64,000 nucleotides of DNA from Nitrososphaeria archaeon (GTDB taxonomy: Archaea; Thermoproteota; Nitrososphaeria; JACIWG01), in NCBI GenBank assembly GCA_050011875.1, contig JBEKIG010000003.1, positions 127,677 through 191,676 of the forward strand. Reading direction: 5' to 3'. The notes beneath the pieces were generated by a model. It was given only the letters and a program-made list of their open reading frames with translations, made no database searches and had not been told where the DNA came from. The translations under genes and the position numbers were made by a program. Shown here one piece after another: positions 36,774 through 47,578 of the stretch (position 1 is its first letter; each line of letters opens with the position of its first letter).

Positions 36774-37463
36774 GTTAATTAAATTAAACATAAACCTGAA
36801 ACTTGATATGATTTCTGATCTTCTTAGATAATGCATTGAGAAGGTTTTATTCTTAATTTTTTTATATCCATTTTTAATCTTTACGCAATACTTTTTTCCT
36901 TTTCAACATTTTTTAATATCTCAAGCAATGTTGTTTGTCAAGTTCATGTTTCAAGTTTCTTTACAGGATCACTTTCTTCATCATTTCTTCTCCTTAAAAT
37001 TGAGCCATTTACAAACAGGAATGCTTTACTTTTTTCTTTATAGGATATTTCTTCATTTATTATCAAAAAAATAGGGGTTAGAGAATATAGTGTTTCTTTC
37101 GTTTTTTCTCTTCTATTACGGGTGTTAAACCCATTTCTTCTTCAATTGCATCTACGTCTTTCCATGGCATGTTAAATCGCTGTGTCCATACCGCAAAGAG
37201 AACTGCTATTTACATGTTTTTTTTACATTTATTGATTAATTAATAAAAAAATTTGCACAATATAACAGATATAGAACGAGCAGTAATAAACAAAGATTAG
37301 CAGACGAATACCATGATAATATCTAAAAAAGTGATCACCTCTGACCACCACTTAATATCCGTCGATATTAGCGTCTTTGACTAGCTAAAAAAACCGTTTT
37401 ACGTTTAAGGGCATTAAATCCATATAAACATAAAAATTAAAGTTGACTTTATATTTGTTAAAT

Positions 37464-37814
37464 CTATTTAGACAAGTCGAAAAGCTTCTGTTTGAGCTTC
37501 GCGGCCTCTAACACATCTATTGCATCACCACCTTCCCTATACTGCTCCAATGCTTTCTCACAGTAGGGCAGGCCCTGTTTAGCCTTTAATTTCATGTCCG
37601 TTTGCTGAGCTAGGATATTTTTTACGACCTCCAGATACCAATCTCCACTCATCTTGAAGTCTTCAAGGTTCTTGTAGCATTCAGCAAGCCACTTGCAGTA
37701 TTCAACCTTTTCCAGAAGAGGTTTACTTTTGTCGTTAACCTCTTTTTCCAAGAGTGAAATAGCGCCTCTATATTCTCCGCGATGTATTAGGCTAACAATG
37801 TCAGGTAGGCTCAA
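37464..37814 (-). CDS. TPR-like helical protein
   Basis: Helical repeat pattern (LAECYKNLEDFKMSGDWY). Confidence 0.6.
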   Translation of the reverse strand: MSLPDIVSLIHRGEYRGAISLLEKEVNDKSKPLLEKVEYCKWLAECYKNLEDFKMSGDWYLEVVKNILAQQTDMKLKAKQGLPYCEKALEQYREGGDAIDVLEAAKLKQKLFDLSK

Positions 37815-37899
37815 AGAGGTACCACACAGTATTATATCATCGATATAAATAAAAACTTTTATTAAATAACAAAGGAGTCCGCTCTAAATTATAAAGATT

Positions 37900-38868
37900 T
37901 TAGATTGCAAGATCTTTTGCGATTTTTAACATGGTAATATCCTTCTCAGAGAGAACTCTCTTACCACCAGTTAACGTGCGCGTGCATATTTCTCCGTTGT
38001 CTATTCCAACCATGACATTCTTCTTGCTGTCTAACAGACTTTCGACCGCTTTGCTGCCGAATAGGGTTGCCAGAACCCTTGAACGCACTGTAGGGGAGCC
38101 TCCCCGCTGAATGTAACCTAAAGAAGAGAATCTAACTTCGGCGTCGATAACGCTCTTAAGCTCTTCGGCAAGAAAATAGCCGTTTGCAGCTCCTTCTGCC
38201 ATAACAATAATCGTTGAAACTTTCCCCATATTCTTCATCTTGTTGTATTCCTTTGCTAGATCACTAAGCTTAAACGGTATTTCTGGGATGAGTATGAACT
38301 CGGCCCCTGCAGCAAATCCGACGGTAACTGCTATAAATCCGCTTCCCCTTCCCATCACTTCAACTACGAAAAGCCTTTCTAGAGATATTGCTGTGTCCCT
38401 GATTTTATCGATCGCCTCAAGAGCCGTGTTGACTGCCGTGTCAAACCCTATAGTTTCCTCTGTCCCCAGTATGTCGTTATCTATCGACGCAGGAATACAC
38501 ACCGTGGAAACATCCGATTTCCTAGAAATTTGCTCTGCTGCCCTAAATGTCCCATCTCCACCTATAGCTATAAGATGGTCTAGTCCAATTTCATTCAAGT
38601 TCTTTGCTGCGAGCTCGATTCCTTCACTTGACTTTATTTCCTCACATCTTGCTGTCTTAAGAATCGTCCCGCCAAGGTTTATTATGCCCCCAACACTCCT
38701 CGATGTTAAGTGTTCGAAGTCGTTCTCCAACAGTCCTCTATAACCCCTTTTTATGCCTATTACCTTTACATCATTTGCAAGTAGGGACCTAACACAGCAT
38801 CTTATAGCCGCGTTCATACCGGGAGCGTCTCCTCCTGGTGTAATTATACCGACTGTAGTTTTTGTCAT
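37900..38868 (-). CDS. pfkA: PfkA-family 6-phosphofructokinase, probably ATP-dependent
   Basis: GGDAPGMNA, GGDGT, PASIDND, GFDTA, EVMGR and LGYIQRGG. Confidence 0.93.
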   Translation of the reverse strand: MTKTTVGIITPGGDAPGMNAAIRCCVRSLLANDVKVIGIKRGYRGLLENDFEHLTSRSVGGIINLGGTILKTARCEEIKSSEGIELAAKNLNEIGLDHLIAIGGDGTFRAAEQISRKSDVSTVCIPASIDNDILGTEETIGFDTAVNTALEAIDKIRDTAISLERLFVVEVMGRGSGFIAVTVGFAAGAEFILIPEIPFKLSDLAKEYNKMKNMGKVSTIIVMAEGAANGYFLAEELKSVIDAEVRFSSLGYIQRGGSPTVRSRVLATLFGSKAVESLLDSKKNVMVGIDNGEICTRTLTGGKRVLSEKDITMLKIAKDLAI

Positions 38869-38909
38869 GCTACAAAACAGCTTGAGAAGAACTGTTATTA
38901 AGCTTATTC

Positions 38910-39064
38910 TTAGTGGAACTCGGAGGAAATAGTTCTTTTTTCATCCCCAAAATCCACTATAATTTTTATTAGTTTCTCCGTTCCAGCAATCTTTTCTACA
39001 CCCAAAACGGATCCAACCCTAAGATCGAATTTTCAGAAACTTCAACAGGATACTCCTGACCCAT
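38910..39064 (-). pseudogene. tRNA-binding OB-fold (CsaA/Trbp111/MetRS C-terminal) fragment
   Basis: After a frameshift near the ATG: [40 protein letters not shown]. Confidence 0.7.
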
Positions 39065-39241
39065 ATTTTTGACAACGAACGATGATGCTAAAAAGATTAC
39101 TACATCAAAGCAACACGCCAATATGTCTTAAGCTGGAAGAAAATAGCTTAAAGAAACTTGCAAAGGTGAGATAAGCTAAAATAGATAGCTTTCCTACAGC
39201 AACATATAAGTTTAAGAACTTGCAGCAGCAGACGAATACTT

Positions 39242-40321
39242 ATGCCTTCAAAAGAGGATTTGTTATCGGGTAAAAGAATAAGGGGATCGAAACCTATCGG
39301 TATCGAGAGTATTGTAAGTCTGATAGAAGGCTTTGATAGGTCAGGAGCATATAATGCAGGAAGATTAGCTGAATCGTGTAGACTATATGAACGGATGATA
39401 AAGAACAAGACGACGATAGCACTGACTCTAGCCGGCGCTTTCACACCAACTGGACTTGGAGGATACATAAACTTGGCAATAGAAAAAGGTCTTATCGATG
39501 TCATAATATCAACTGGTTCAAATTTGTATCATGATATCCACCTTGCTCTGGATCTACCTATTTATCAGGGCACATCTAACGTCGACGATCAAATTCTTCT
39601 GAAAGAAGGAATAGTCAGAATATATGACCTCTTCCTTCCAGATGAGACATTATTCGAGTCGGACAAGTTTATACAGGATGCTGTAAAAGAATATGGCTTT
39701 AAGGCTAAAGGACCCATATCTACCGCGGAGCTACATTACATCCTCGGTAAGAAATTGCTCGAAACTGCGCCCAGAACTGATGAGTCGATCCTTGCTACTG
39801 CTGCAAAATATAATGTGCCAGTATACACATCTTCCCCGGGAGATTCCAGCATTGGAATGAACACGGCTAAACTGAAGTTAGAAGATAAGGGCGTTACTAT
39901 AGATCCAGATATAGATGTTCTAGAAACATCCGCAATAATCTACAACAGCAACAAGAACGGAGTTATAGTTCTAGGCGGAGGGTCTCCTAAGAATTTCTAC
40001 TTCCAGACACAACCAATGTTAGAACAGATACTTAATATCAGAAAGGGAGGACATGATTACGTCATTCAATTATCTGTGGACGTCCCTCAGTATGGAGGAC
40101 TTTCGGGTGCAACTTTACAGGAGGCGGTATCATGGGGAAAAATCAGACCAAGGGAAGTAGTTAACAAGGTTACTGTCTATGCGGATATTACGATCGCTGC
40201 GCCTTTATTGTTCTCTTATGTTCTGGCAAAGAACTACAAAGAGGAGCCAAAGAGAATTTATCTCCGCAGGGAAAGCTGGTTGCAAAAGCTAAAGGATGAT
40301 TTCCAAGAGCGCACCAAATGA
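39242..40321 (+). CDS. Deoxyhypusine synthase-family protein (SpeY/homospermidine-synthesis-like)
   Basis: STGSNLYHD, SPGDSSIGMN, GGGSPKNF and GGLSGATLQEAVSWGK. Confidence 0.88.
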   Translation: MPSKEDLLSGKRIRGSKPIGIESIVSLIEGFDRSGAYNAGRLAESCRLYERMIKNKTTIALTLAGAFTPTGLGGYINLAIEKGLIDVIISTGSNLYHDIHLALDLPIYQGTSNVDDQILLKEGIVRIYDLFLPDETLFESDKFIQDAVKEYGFKAKGPISTAELHYILGKKLLETAPRTDESILATAAKYNVPVYTSSPGDSSIGMNTAKLKLEDKGVTIDPDIDVLETSAIIYNSNKNGVIVLGGGSPKNFYFQTQPMLEQILNIRKGGHDYVIQLSVDVPQYGGLSGATLQEAVSWGKIRPREVVNKVTVYADITIAAPLLFSYVLAKNYKEEPKRIYLRRESWLQKLKDDFQERTK

Positions 40322-40383
40322 GAGGATTAAAAAAGTAATTTAACGCTTTCAGCATTGAACCATTTCATAGAAGGAAACTGAAA

Positions 40384-40566
40384 ATGATTGACAGGGCTGT
40401 CTATAAGATGATCATTCTCATTGGATTGGTCAGCATGATGGGGGACATCATCTACGAAGGAGGATAAGGTGCTGTGCCTGATTATCTGAGGTTCTTGTGC
40501 TCCGCCGCATTCCTTGTCGTAATAATATCTGGACTCGGATACTTCGTAGGTTACGCTTTAGGTCTG
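40384..40566 (+). pseudogene. MFS transporter N-terminal remnant
   Basis: MIDRAVYKMIILIGLVSMMGDIIYEGG*GAVPDYLRFL...IISGLGYFVGYAL, with a premature TAA at 40465. Truncated at the convergent gene. Confidence 0.65.
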
Positions 40567-41114
40567 TCAAAGTATATGTTCTTTCCAGATACTGAAAGAG
40601 GAAGGCCCATAATTACGTCCGCGTCTAAAAGATTCAGTTTCTTCGCCGCGAGACCGACTGTATACATGATTCTATTGTCAATCCCCCATTCGGCCGCCAA
40701 CTTGACAACTGAGCCTAAAGCTATGCCAAGGTCCAACAACGGATATATACAATTAGGTCCAGAGAAATCAGCTTTAGCTTTTTTTTCCACCTTACTGAAG
40801 TCTTTGCAAGTAGCATAGCCACATCCGCTACAATTTAGACCTCGTGCATTTGAACCCTTGACTCCAATTAGAATCACAGAAACACTTTTGCGCACGTTAT
40901 CAGCATCTCTTTTAAACCAAGAAACATTTCTCTCATCAGATAACGAAACTAGTTTCTCTGCGATCTGCTCTTTTTCTTCTTCTGTTACCAGACAAATTGA
41001 TACGTCGTCTCTACCTATGGCCTTTGGTGCAGTCCTAGCGGCTAAAGCGATCTGTTCTGCTACATCCCTAACAGCCTTATTCTTGAACTCCTCAAAATCT
41101 ATTGGCATATCCAC
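40551..41114 (-). CDS. DUF2148 ferredoxin-domain protein
   Basis: AARTAPKA, NCSGCGYATC, DLGIALGS, DNRIMYTVG and KNIYFDR. Confidence 0.88.
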   Translation of the reverse strand: MDMPIDFEEFKNKAVRDVAEQIALAARTAPKAIGRDDVSICLVTEEEKEQIAEKLVSLSDERNVSWFKRDADNVRKSVSVILIGVKGSNARGLNCSGCGYATCKDFSKVEKKAKADFSGPNCIYPLLDLGIALGSVVKLAAEWGIDNRIMYTVGLAAKKLNLLDADVIMGLPLSVSGKNIYFDRPKA

Positions 41115-41236
41115 CTTATACTATTTTTCACCTTTTTTAGTTTTTTTGCCTAAAAGACCTTTTACAGAAGATATTTTGACGGGGGCAAGAAAAAAATATT
41201 CTAAATATGTGTGAATCAATTTTGATTATAACCGAT

Positions 41237-42790
41237 TTATTGAGGCTCTATTGTGGCTGGTGGTTTACTTGAGATACAGTAACTTATCGAAGAGACGTTA
41301 TTGACCTCGTTTGTGATCCGAGCACTCATTCTGTCTAGAACCTTTGAAGGCAACTTAACCCAATCGGCTGTCATACCATCTTTTGAAGTCACAACCTTTA
41401 CTGTTACAATATATCCATATAGCCTTGAATCACCAAGCACAGCGACCGCTCTATCATCACCTACGTAAGCAAAAGCTTGCCATATCCTATTATATATCCC
41501 AGAAACTTTCAGTTCTTCTTCGACTATGACACTTGCTTCCCTGCATATCCTAAGCTTTTCTTTGGTGACTTCACCGATAATTCTTACAGAAAGACCAGGG
41601 CCAGGGAAAGGATGGCGTTTGACAATAGTGTCCGGTAGTCCTAGAACAGTTGCCGCTTTCCTAACTTCATCTTTGTACAAGAAACGCAAAGGCTCGATGA
41701 GATAGTAGGAAAGCTCTAAGGGGAGACCGCCAACATTGTGATGGGTCTTGATTGTAGAGGCAAGTCCTCCTGTTTTAGCGCTTTCGATAACGTCAGGGTA
41801 CAGTGTCCCTTGAGCAAGGTACTTGAGTGGGCCCTCCTTCTTCGACACTTCTTTAAAAACTTCTATGAACGTTGCACCGACAACTTTTCTCTTTTCTTCT
41901 GGATCCGTTACACCTTTCAATCTATTTAGAAAAGTTTCAGAAGCATCAACGTACACAGGATTCAATCCGAGCTGCTTGAGAGAACTAATAACTGCTTCAG
42001 ATTCATCCTTTCTAAGTAGACCGTTATTCACGAAGACGCATACAAGGTTATTTTTAGCGATCTTTTTGACAAGTATAGCTGTGACGGTTGAATCTAATCC
42101 TCCACTAACGGCACATATTACTTTGCTACCATCGTAGTTAGACGCTATGTTTTCTAGCGTCTGCTTTATAAAAGAAGAGGGTTTCCAGCTAGGTCTGCAA
42201 CAACAGATCCTGAAAAGAAAATTCTTCAATATTTTTTTACCTTCAACGGTGTGAACTACCTCCGGATGGAACTGCACTCCAAAGATTTTCTCAGTTCGAT
42301 CCGAAAAAGCTGCATACCTAGCGTTTCTTGTTTGGGCTAGTTCAATAAACTCTGTAGGTAGACGGATAACTTGATCACCGTGGCTCATCCAAACAGTTGT
42401 TCGTTGCTTAACGCCATATAGTAATTGGCCAGCTATGATCACATCAAGAAATGTTCGACCATATTCTCTGAGCGCCCCTTTTGATATAACACCGCCAAAT
42501 TGTGATGCAATAAGTTGATGTCCGTAACAGATTCCTAGAATCGGCAAGCCAAAAGAATAAATAGTCTTGTCTATCTTAGGTGAATTCTCTTCATATATAC
42601 TTGATGGGCCTCCTGAGAATATAATTCCTTTCAAATTGGGAATATTCTTTAGCGCCCCGGGGGCTTTATCACAGGTTATTACTTCACTATAAACTTTCAG
42701 TTCTCTTATTCTTCTACCAATTAAGTGAGCATATTGACCGCCAAAATCTATCACAGCAATAGAATCGGAAACATTATCCGTCTTAGCCAT
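41237..42790 (-). CDS. guaA: GMP synthase (glutamine-hydrolysing), fused form
   Basis: DFGGQY, GICYGHQ, QFHPE, SGGLDS, IKTHHNVGG and KPPATIE. Confidence 0.96.
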   Translation of the reverse strand: MAKTDNVSDSIAVIDFGGQYAHLIGRRIRELKVYSEVITCDKAPGALKNIPNLKGIIFSGGPSSIYEENSPKIDKTIYSFGLPILGICYGHQLIASQFGGVISKGALREYGRTFLDVIIAGQLLYGVKQRTTVWMSHGDQVIRLPTEFIELAQTRNARYAAFSDRTEKIFGVQFHPEVVHTVEGKKILKNFLFRICCCRPSWKPSSFIKQTLENIASNYDGSKVICAVSGGLDSTVTAILVKKIAKNNLVCVFVNNGLLRKDESEAVISSLKQLGLNPVYVDASETFLNRLKGVTDPEEKRKVVGATFIEVFKEVSKKEGPLKYLAQGTLYPDVIESAKTGGLASTIKTHHNVGGLPLELSYYLIEPLRFLYKDEVRKAATVLGLPDTIVKRHPFPGPGLSVRIIGEVTKEKLRICREASVIVEEELKVSGIYNRIWQAFAYVGDDRAVAVLGDSRLYGYIVTVKVVTSKDGMTADWVKLPSKVLDRMSARITNEVNNVSSISYCISSKPPATIEPQ

Positions 42791-42930
42791 GTGCCCTATG
42801 TTGCAAAGGTTGTATATTAAAATTTGTCATCAAAGCAGATTTTTTAAACACAAGAACATCCTTGAGAGGAAATCTTAACCTACTTGAATAATCAAAAATA
42901 AACATAAATATCAACATCTAGAAGTTAAGT

Positions 42931-43971
42931 ATGGTAAAAATAATGAAGGCTGCAGTATTTCATGCACCGTCAGATATAAGAATAGAGGATAAGCCTATAC
43001 CTTCTGTAACTGGAAAAGAGATCCTAGTAAGAGTAAAGGCGGCGGCGATCTGTGGAACAGACCTCAGAATATATAAAGGTACAAAGAAGATTAAAACCCC
43101 TAGAATAATTGGACACGAATTCGCTGGTGACATAGAGAAGGTGGGAGATGGAACAGAATTTAGAAAAGGAGACAGGGTTACAGTATATCCGGTAATATCC
43201 TGTGGTAAATGTTACGCTTGCATGATGGGGAGGCCTAACATATGCATCCAGCGACCGACAATAGGCTATGATTACGATGGCGGCTTTGCAGAATACGTTA
43301 AGATCCCCTCAAATGCTATAGATACGAATTCGGTTACAAGGCTGCCAGATTCGATTTCATATGAAGAGGCAGCAATAACTGAGCCCTTAGCAGCCTGTTT
43401 GAACGGTGTTTTAAGATTAGACGTAAAACAAGGTGAACATGTGTGGGTCGTGGGTGCAGGTCCAATAGGGTTAATGCACGTTCAACTTGTGAGACTGGCT
43501 GGCGCAAGTAAGGTAATGGTTAGTGAAGTGAATGAGTTTAGAGCGGATAAGGCAGCGAAACTTGGGGCGGATGTTGTAATAAACCCTGTAAAAGAAGACG
43601 TATTCCAAAGAATAATGAAGGAGACAGGGGGAATAGGAGCAGACAAGATCATAATTGCAGCGGGAGTACCGAAATTGATCGAAGACTCTTTTAAGGCTGC
43701 GAGAAAGGGCGCCAGAATCGTTATCTTTGCTGGGTCACCTGATGGCTCGTTTATAACGCTTGACCCCAACATTATCCATTATAAAGAAATCGATCTTACA
43801 GGGTCGTCGGCGTCAACACCTTATCTACACAAAAAGGCTATTGAGCTCGTCTGCAGCGGCAGAATAGATCTGAAATCTCTTATAACACATAGACTTAGGC
43901 TAGAAGATATAGTCAAGGGCCTTGTGATGAAAGAAATGGTAGAAGGGTTGAAGACGTTAATAATACCGTGA
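42931..43971 (+). CDS. Zn-dependent polyol/sugar-alcohol dehydrogenase
   Basis: CGTD, GHE, CGKCYAC...C and GAGPIG. Confidence 0.9.
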   Translation: MVKIMKAAVFHAPSDIRIEDKPIPSVTGKEILVRVKAAAICGTDLRIYKGTKKIKTPRIIGHEFAGDIEKVGDGTEFRKGDRVTVYPVISCGKCYACMMGRPNICIQRPTIGYDYDGGFAEYVKIPSNAIDTNSVTRLPDSISYEEAAITEPLAACLNGVLRLDVKQGEHVWVVGAGPIGLMHVQLVRLAGASKVMVSEVNEFRADKAAKLGADVVINPVKEDVFQRIMKETGGIGADKIIIAAGVPKLIEDSFKAARKGARIVIFAGSPDGSFITLDPNIIHYKEIDLTGSSASTPYLHKKAIELVCSGRIDLKSLITHRLRLEDIVKGLVMKEMVEGLKTLIIP

Positions 43972-44010
43972 CAAAATATTTATCTACATCCGTTTTAATT
44001 CTACAATATT

Positions 44011-44616
44011 ATGAAAACTAAATTAGATGATCTGAAGGAGGAGTGTATTCAGATATCGCAGGAAGCTTACAGAAGGGGTCTGATATCTGCCACAGGTGGA
44101 AACATCAGCGCTAGACTTCCAGGAGAAGAGACAGTTATAATCAAAAGGACAGGTGCCTCTTTTAGAAACCTCAAACTGAACGACATTATTACAATTGACT
44201 TGAACGGAAATGTTGTTGAAGGACAAGGTAAGCCATCGAAGGAAATCAATCTTCATCTTGGAATTTACAAGGTTAGAAGCGAAGTCAACGCAGTCTTCCA
44301 CTTACACTCGATAGCGGCAACAGCATTTGCTACAGCAGGTAAAGAGGTCCCTTTAGTAACCACTCAAGCATATAAAATACTTGGGAAATGTCCATTAGTT
44401 GGGTATGGGCCACCCGGTTCATTAGAGCTCGCCGAGAAGAATAAGGAAGTCTTTAAAGATAAGACCATAAAAGTAGCGGTACTTCAAAGCCATGGCACCA
44501 CAGCTGTAGGCCGTGACCTAGAAGAAGCTTACAATTATGCGGACTTACTTGAGGCAACAGCCCAGATTGCTCTATTCTGTAGCCTGATAGGAAAACCTAT
44601 GCCGATTCCCTACTGA
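44011..44616 (+). CDS. Class II aldolase/epimerase (FucA/AraD family)
   Basis: GGNISAR, PSKE, HLHS and SHG. Confidence 0.9.
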   Translation: MKTKLDDLKEECIQISQEAYRRGLISATGGNISARLPGEETVIIKRTGASFRNLKLNDIITIDLNGNVVEGQGKPSKEINLHLGIYKVRSEVNAVFHLHSIAATAFATAGKEVPLVTTQAYKILGKCPLVGYGPPGSLELAEKNKEVFKDKTIKVAVLQSHGTTAVGRDLEEAYNYADLLEATAQIALFCSLIGKPMPIPY

Positions 44617-44623
44617 TTACTTT

Positions 44624-46141
44624 ATGTCATACCTGATGGGAATAGACGTAGGGACAAGTAGTACCAAGAGTGAGATCTTTAGCCTTGACGGAAAGTCTAT
44701 TTCAACAGGGCAGAAGGAGTATTCTCTACTTTATCCCGCCATAGGCCTTGTTGAAGAAGATCCGGAAATAGGCTGGTGGAATGCGCTTAGGTCAACTGTA
44801 AAAGAAGCCCTGAAGACTTCTCGAATATCCCCAAAAGATGTAGTCGGAGTCTGCGTCAGTGGAACAAACGCTTGTGTGCCCGTAGGAAAAGGTGGTGAAG
44901 CTCTTATGAACGCGATTATGCAGCTTGACAACAGAAGTTCTTTATGCGCAAATAAAATGAAGAATGTTATAGGAGAGGACAGGGTGTTCAAGATAACAGG
45001 AAATAGGATTGCACCAGGCACCTTTATGGCACCCACAATACTTTGGATCAAAGAGAATTACCCCGCACTTTTCAATAAAGTGCACAAGTTTCTGGTTCCA
45101 ACAGGATTTGCAACGATGAAACTTACAGGCAATTACACAATAGACTGGTCAAGATGCTCTACAACCCTTTTATACGATATTAGAAAAGGCAAGAAGTGGT
45201 CAGAAGAGATCTGTAATTTATTGGATATACCAATAGATAAATTGCCTGAACCTCATATATCAACTGATGTCATCGGCGAAGTCTCAGCTAAAGCATCAGA
45301 AGAGACAGGACTCGCGGCAGGTACTCCGGTAGTAGCGGGTTGCATGGACACTGTAGGTGCTGCCATTGGGTCAGCAGTGTTAGACTCAGGTGATACATTT
45401 TACACCCTCGGCACATTGGGGAGACTCTGCTTCTGCCTTAGTAAACCGCAATTCGATATGAGATACATCAACGTTTGCCACGCTATTGAGAACAGATGGC
45501 TTGCTATGGGATTGATGCATGGAGGAGGTTTAGCATTAAGATGGTTCAGGGACGAGTTCGGATCATTTGAGGTCACTGAAGCGCAGAAGATAGGAAGATC
45601 GCCTTATGAGATTATTGATGAGGAAGCTGCGGAAGTGTCAGCGGGTTCAAGGAACATCATATTCTTACCATATATGTCGGGTGAAAGAAGTCCTATCTGG
45701 AATCCTAAGGCAAGGGGAGTTTTCTTTGGTTTTACTGCTCAGCATAAAAGAAGCGATTTTATTAGAGCAATCGAAGAAGGAGTAGCATATAGCCTCCGCC
45801 ATAACCTGGAAATATTTGAAGACATTGGTTTCAAAGTTGACAAAATGAGGATGGGCGGGGGAGGTGCGAGAAGTATGCTGTGGAGGCAGATTATTTCGGA
45901 TGTAACAGGTAAGAAAATAGAGATAACTCAAAATTTGGCCACTGAAAACATTGGAGATGCTCTAATAGCAGGATTAGGTGTCAAAGTGTTTCGGAGCATC
46001 GATGATGTCAGAAGGATAGTTAAGGTTGAAGAGGAAATAGAGCCGAATATGGAAAATTACAAGCTGTATACAAAGATGTTTGGCATCTACAAAAATCTCT
46101 ATGAGCATTTAAAAGAGGATTTCGAGGACCTTGTCTTATAA
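44624..46141 (+). CDS. FGGY carbohydrate kinase (xylulokinase-like)
   Basis: GIDVGTSSTK, LPYMSGERSP, EGVAY and GGGARS. Confidence 0.92.
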   Translation: MSYLMGIDVGTSSTKSEIFSLDGKSISTGQKEYSLLYPAIGLVEEDPEIGWWNALRSTVKEALKTSRISPKDVVGVCVSGTNACVPVGKGGEALMNAIMQLDNRSSLCANKMKNVIGEDRVFKITGNRIAPGTFMAPTILWIKENYPALFNKVHKFLVPTGFATMKLTGNYTIDWSRCSTTLLYDIRKGKKWSEEICNLLDIPIDKLPEPHISTDVIGEVSAKASEETGLAAGTPVVAGCMDTVGAAIGSAVLDSGDTFYTLGTLGRLCFCLSKPQFDMRYINVCHAIENRWLAMGLMHGGGLALRWFRDEFGSFEVTEAQKIGRSPYEIIDEEAAEVSAGSRNIIFLPYMSGERSPIWNPKARGVFFGFTAQHKRSDFIRAIEEGVAYSLRHNLEIFEDIGFKVDKMRMGGGGARSMLWRQIISDVTGKKIEITQNLATENIGDALIAGLGVKVFRSIDDVRRIVKVEEEIEPNMENYKLYTKMFGIYKNLYEHLKEDFEDLVL

Positions 46142-46209
46142 CAGACCAACTTCATCGGCTTCTCTTTGATAGGTAGTAATCTATTTTTCTTCTATTACAA
46201 AAACACAGT

Positions 46210-47361
46210 TTATTGTTTAAGCTTCTCTAAGTACTTAAGAGCTTCGTCGACCGCCCCTTTCTTGTCTGTCAAACCGAGACTGTTTCCTGCAACCTCCAAT
46301 GCGGCTGTGAATGAAATAGCGTCATTTGCTGAGATAACTCCAACATGGCCGATCCTCAACATCGAATCCCTGTGTTCGTAGAGACCTTTAGCCAGCTGGA
46401 TATTGAACTGTTCTTTTAACCTCGCGTGCAGGTCTCCAGCTCTATTATTGGGCACATAGAAAGCAGTTACCGTGTTAGCCCTATGACCTTCTTCTGCAAC
46501 TATCCTGAAACCTAACGCCTCAACGCCCGCTCTTATCGCGTTAGCAACCATCTTGTGTCTTAGCCACCTCTTTTCTAAGCCTTCTTCCTTTAGTTCTATC
46601 AAAGCTTCCCTTAAAGCTACAATAAGATTGACAGCCGGTGTCGCAAGATATAAAATAGGATTCTCCATTATCTTCTTCCACCTAAGTAAATCCATGTAAT
46701 ATGATTGAATAGGCACTTTCCTATTCACCATCACTTCAAGCACCTTCTTCGATACTACAGACAACGACAACCCTGGAGGGGCAGCTATCGCCTTCTGCGA
46801 GCCTGTTAAAGCTACATCAACACCCCAATCATCGAAATAAAATTCAACCCCACCAACGCCGGTCACCGAATCAACAACGCTCAAAACTCCATGACTCTTA
46901 GCTATAGCCGCAATATCTTTAACAGAATTTATTACACCGACGGATGTATCGACGTGGGTGACAAAGAGAGCTTTATATCTGCTATGTGACATCTTCTCAT
47001 CTATTTCTTCCAAACTCGGCACTCTTCCAAGCTCAGGTTTAACGACATCGACTTTAGCCTGATGGATACCTGCTATAGTTCCAAAACGCTCTCCAAAATG
47101 ACCGGTGTCTATAACGAGCACTCTATCGCCCGGTTCAAGAAGACTTACTACAATTGACTCCATCATAAGGGTCGCTGAACCCGTCAGTATGAAAGGGAAA
47201 CCTTCTTTAGTTTGAAACAAATACTTGGTGAGCTCAAGTGCCTCCGAATACATTTTGACGAATTCAGGATCTACATGGTTTCTCTGCGGCTGACCCAGAG
47301 CGCTTAAAACTTTTGACGGGACCATCGTTGGACCAGGAGTAAGTAATAATTCTTCGCCCAT
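46210..47361 (-). CDS. Class V aminotransferase (alanine-glyoxylate/serine-pyruvate type)
   Basis: LLTPGP, HVDTS, DSVT and GSQKAIAAPPG. Confidence 0.92.
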   Translation of the reverse strand: MGEELLLTPGPTMVPSKVLSALGQPQRNHVDPEFVKMYSEALELTKYLFQTKEGFPFILTGSATLMMESIVVSLLEPGDRVLVIDTGHFGERFGTIAGIHQAKVDVVKPELGRVPSLEEIDEKMSHSRYKALFVTHVDTSVGVINSVKDIAAIAKSHGVLSVVDSVTGVGGVEFYFDDWGVDVALTGSQKAIAAPPGLSLSVVSKKVLEVMVNRKVPIQSYYMDLLRWKKIMENPILYLATPAVNLIVALREALIELKEEGLEKRWLRHKMVANAIRAGVEALGFRIVAEEGHRANTVTAFYVPNNRAGDLHARLKEQFNIQLAKGLYEHRDSMLRIGHVGVISANDAISFTAALEVAGNSLGLTDKKGAVDEALKYLEKLKQ

Positions 47362-47578
47362 AATTTATCCATCAGAATGGTCTATATAATTATTTAAGTC
47401 AACAATTATAATTAAGACCCTCTCCTCGAATCGTCTTAGATTTTCTTGACTCTATTAATATCGCTGACACGTTCGCCTTTAAACCGCTGTAAGAAAAGCA
47501 AACGTCCAATTAATATTGCCTACTTATTGCAGGACATAAAGTGAAGTATTACGATAGGAAAAAAAATAGGTACGCCTC

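Noticed and set aside
36780-37460. Long AT-rich intergenic stretch
   Set aside because: Only a short broken minus-strand reading frame was found, with no repeat or RNA structure that I can support.
40465-40467. Stop-codon readthrough in the MFS fragment
   Set aside because: The stop is TAA and the gene is truncated shortly afterwards, so a pseudogene is simpler.
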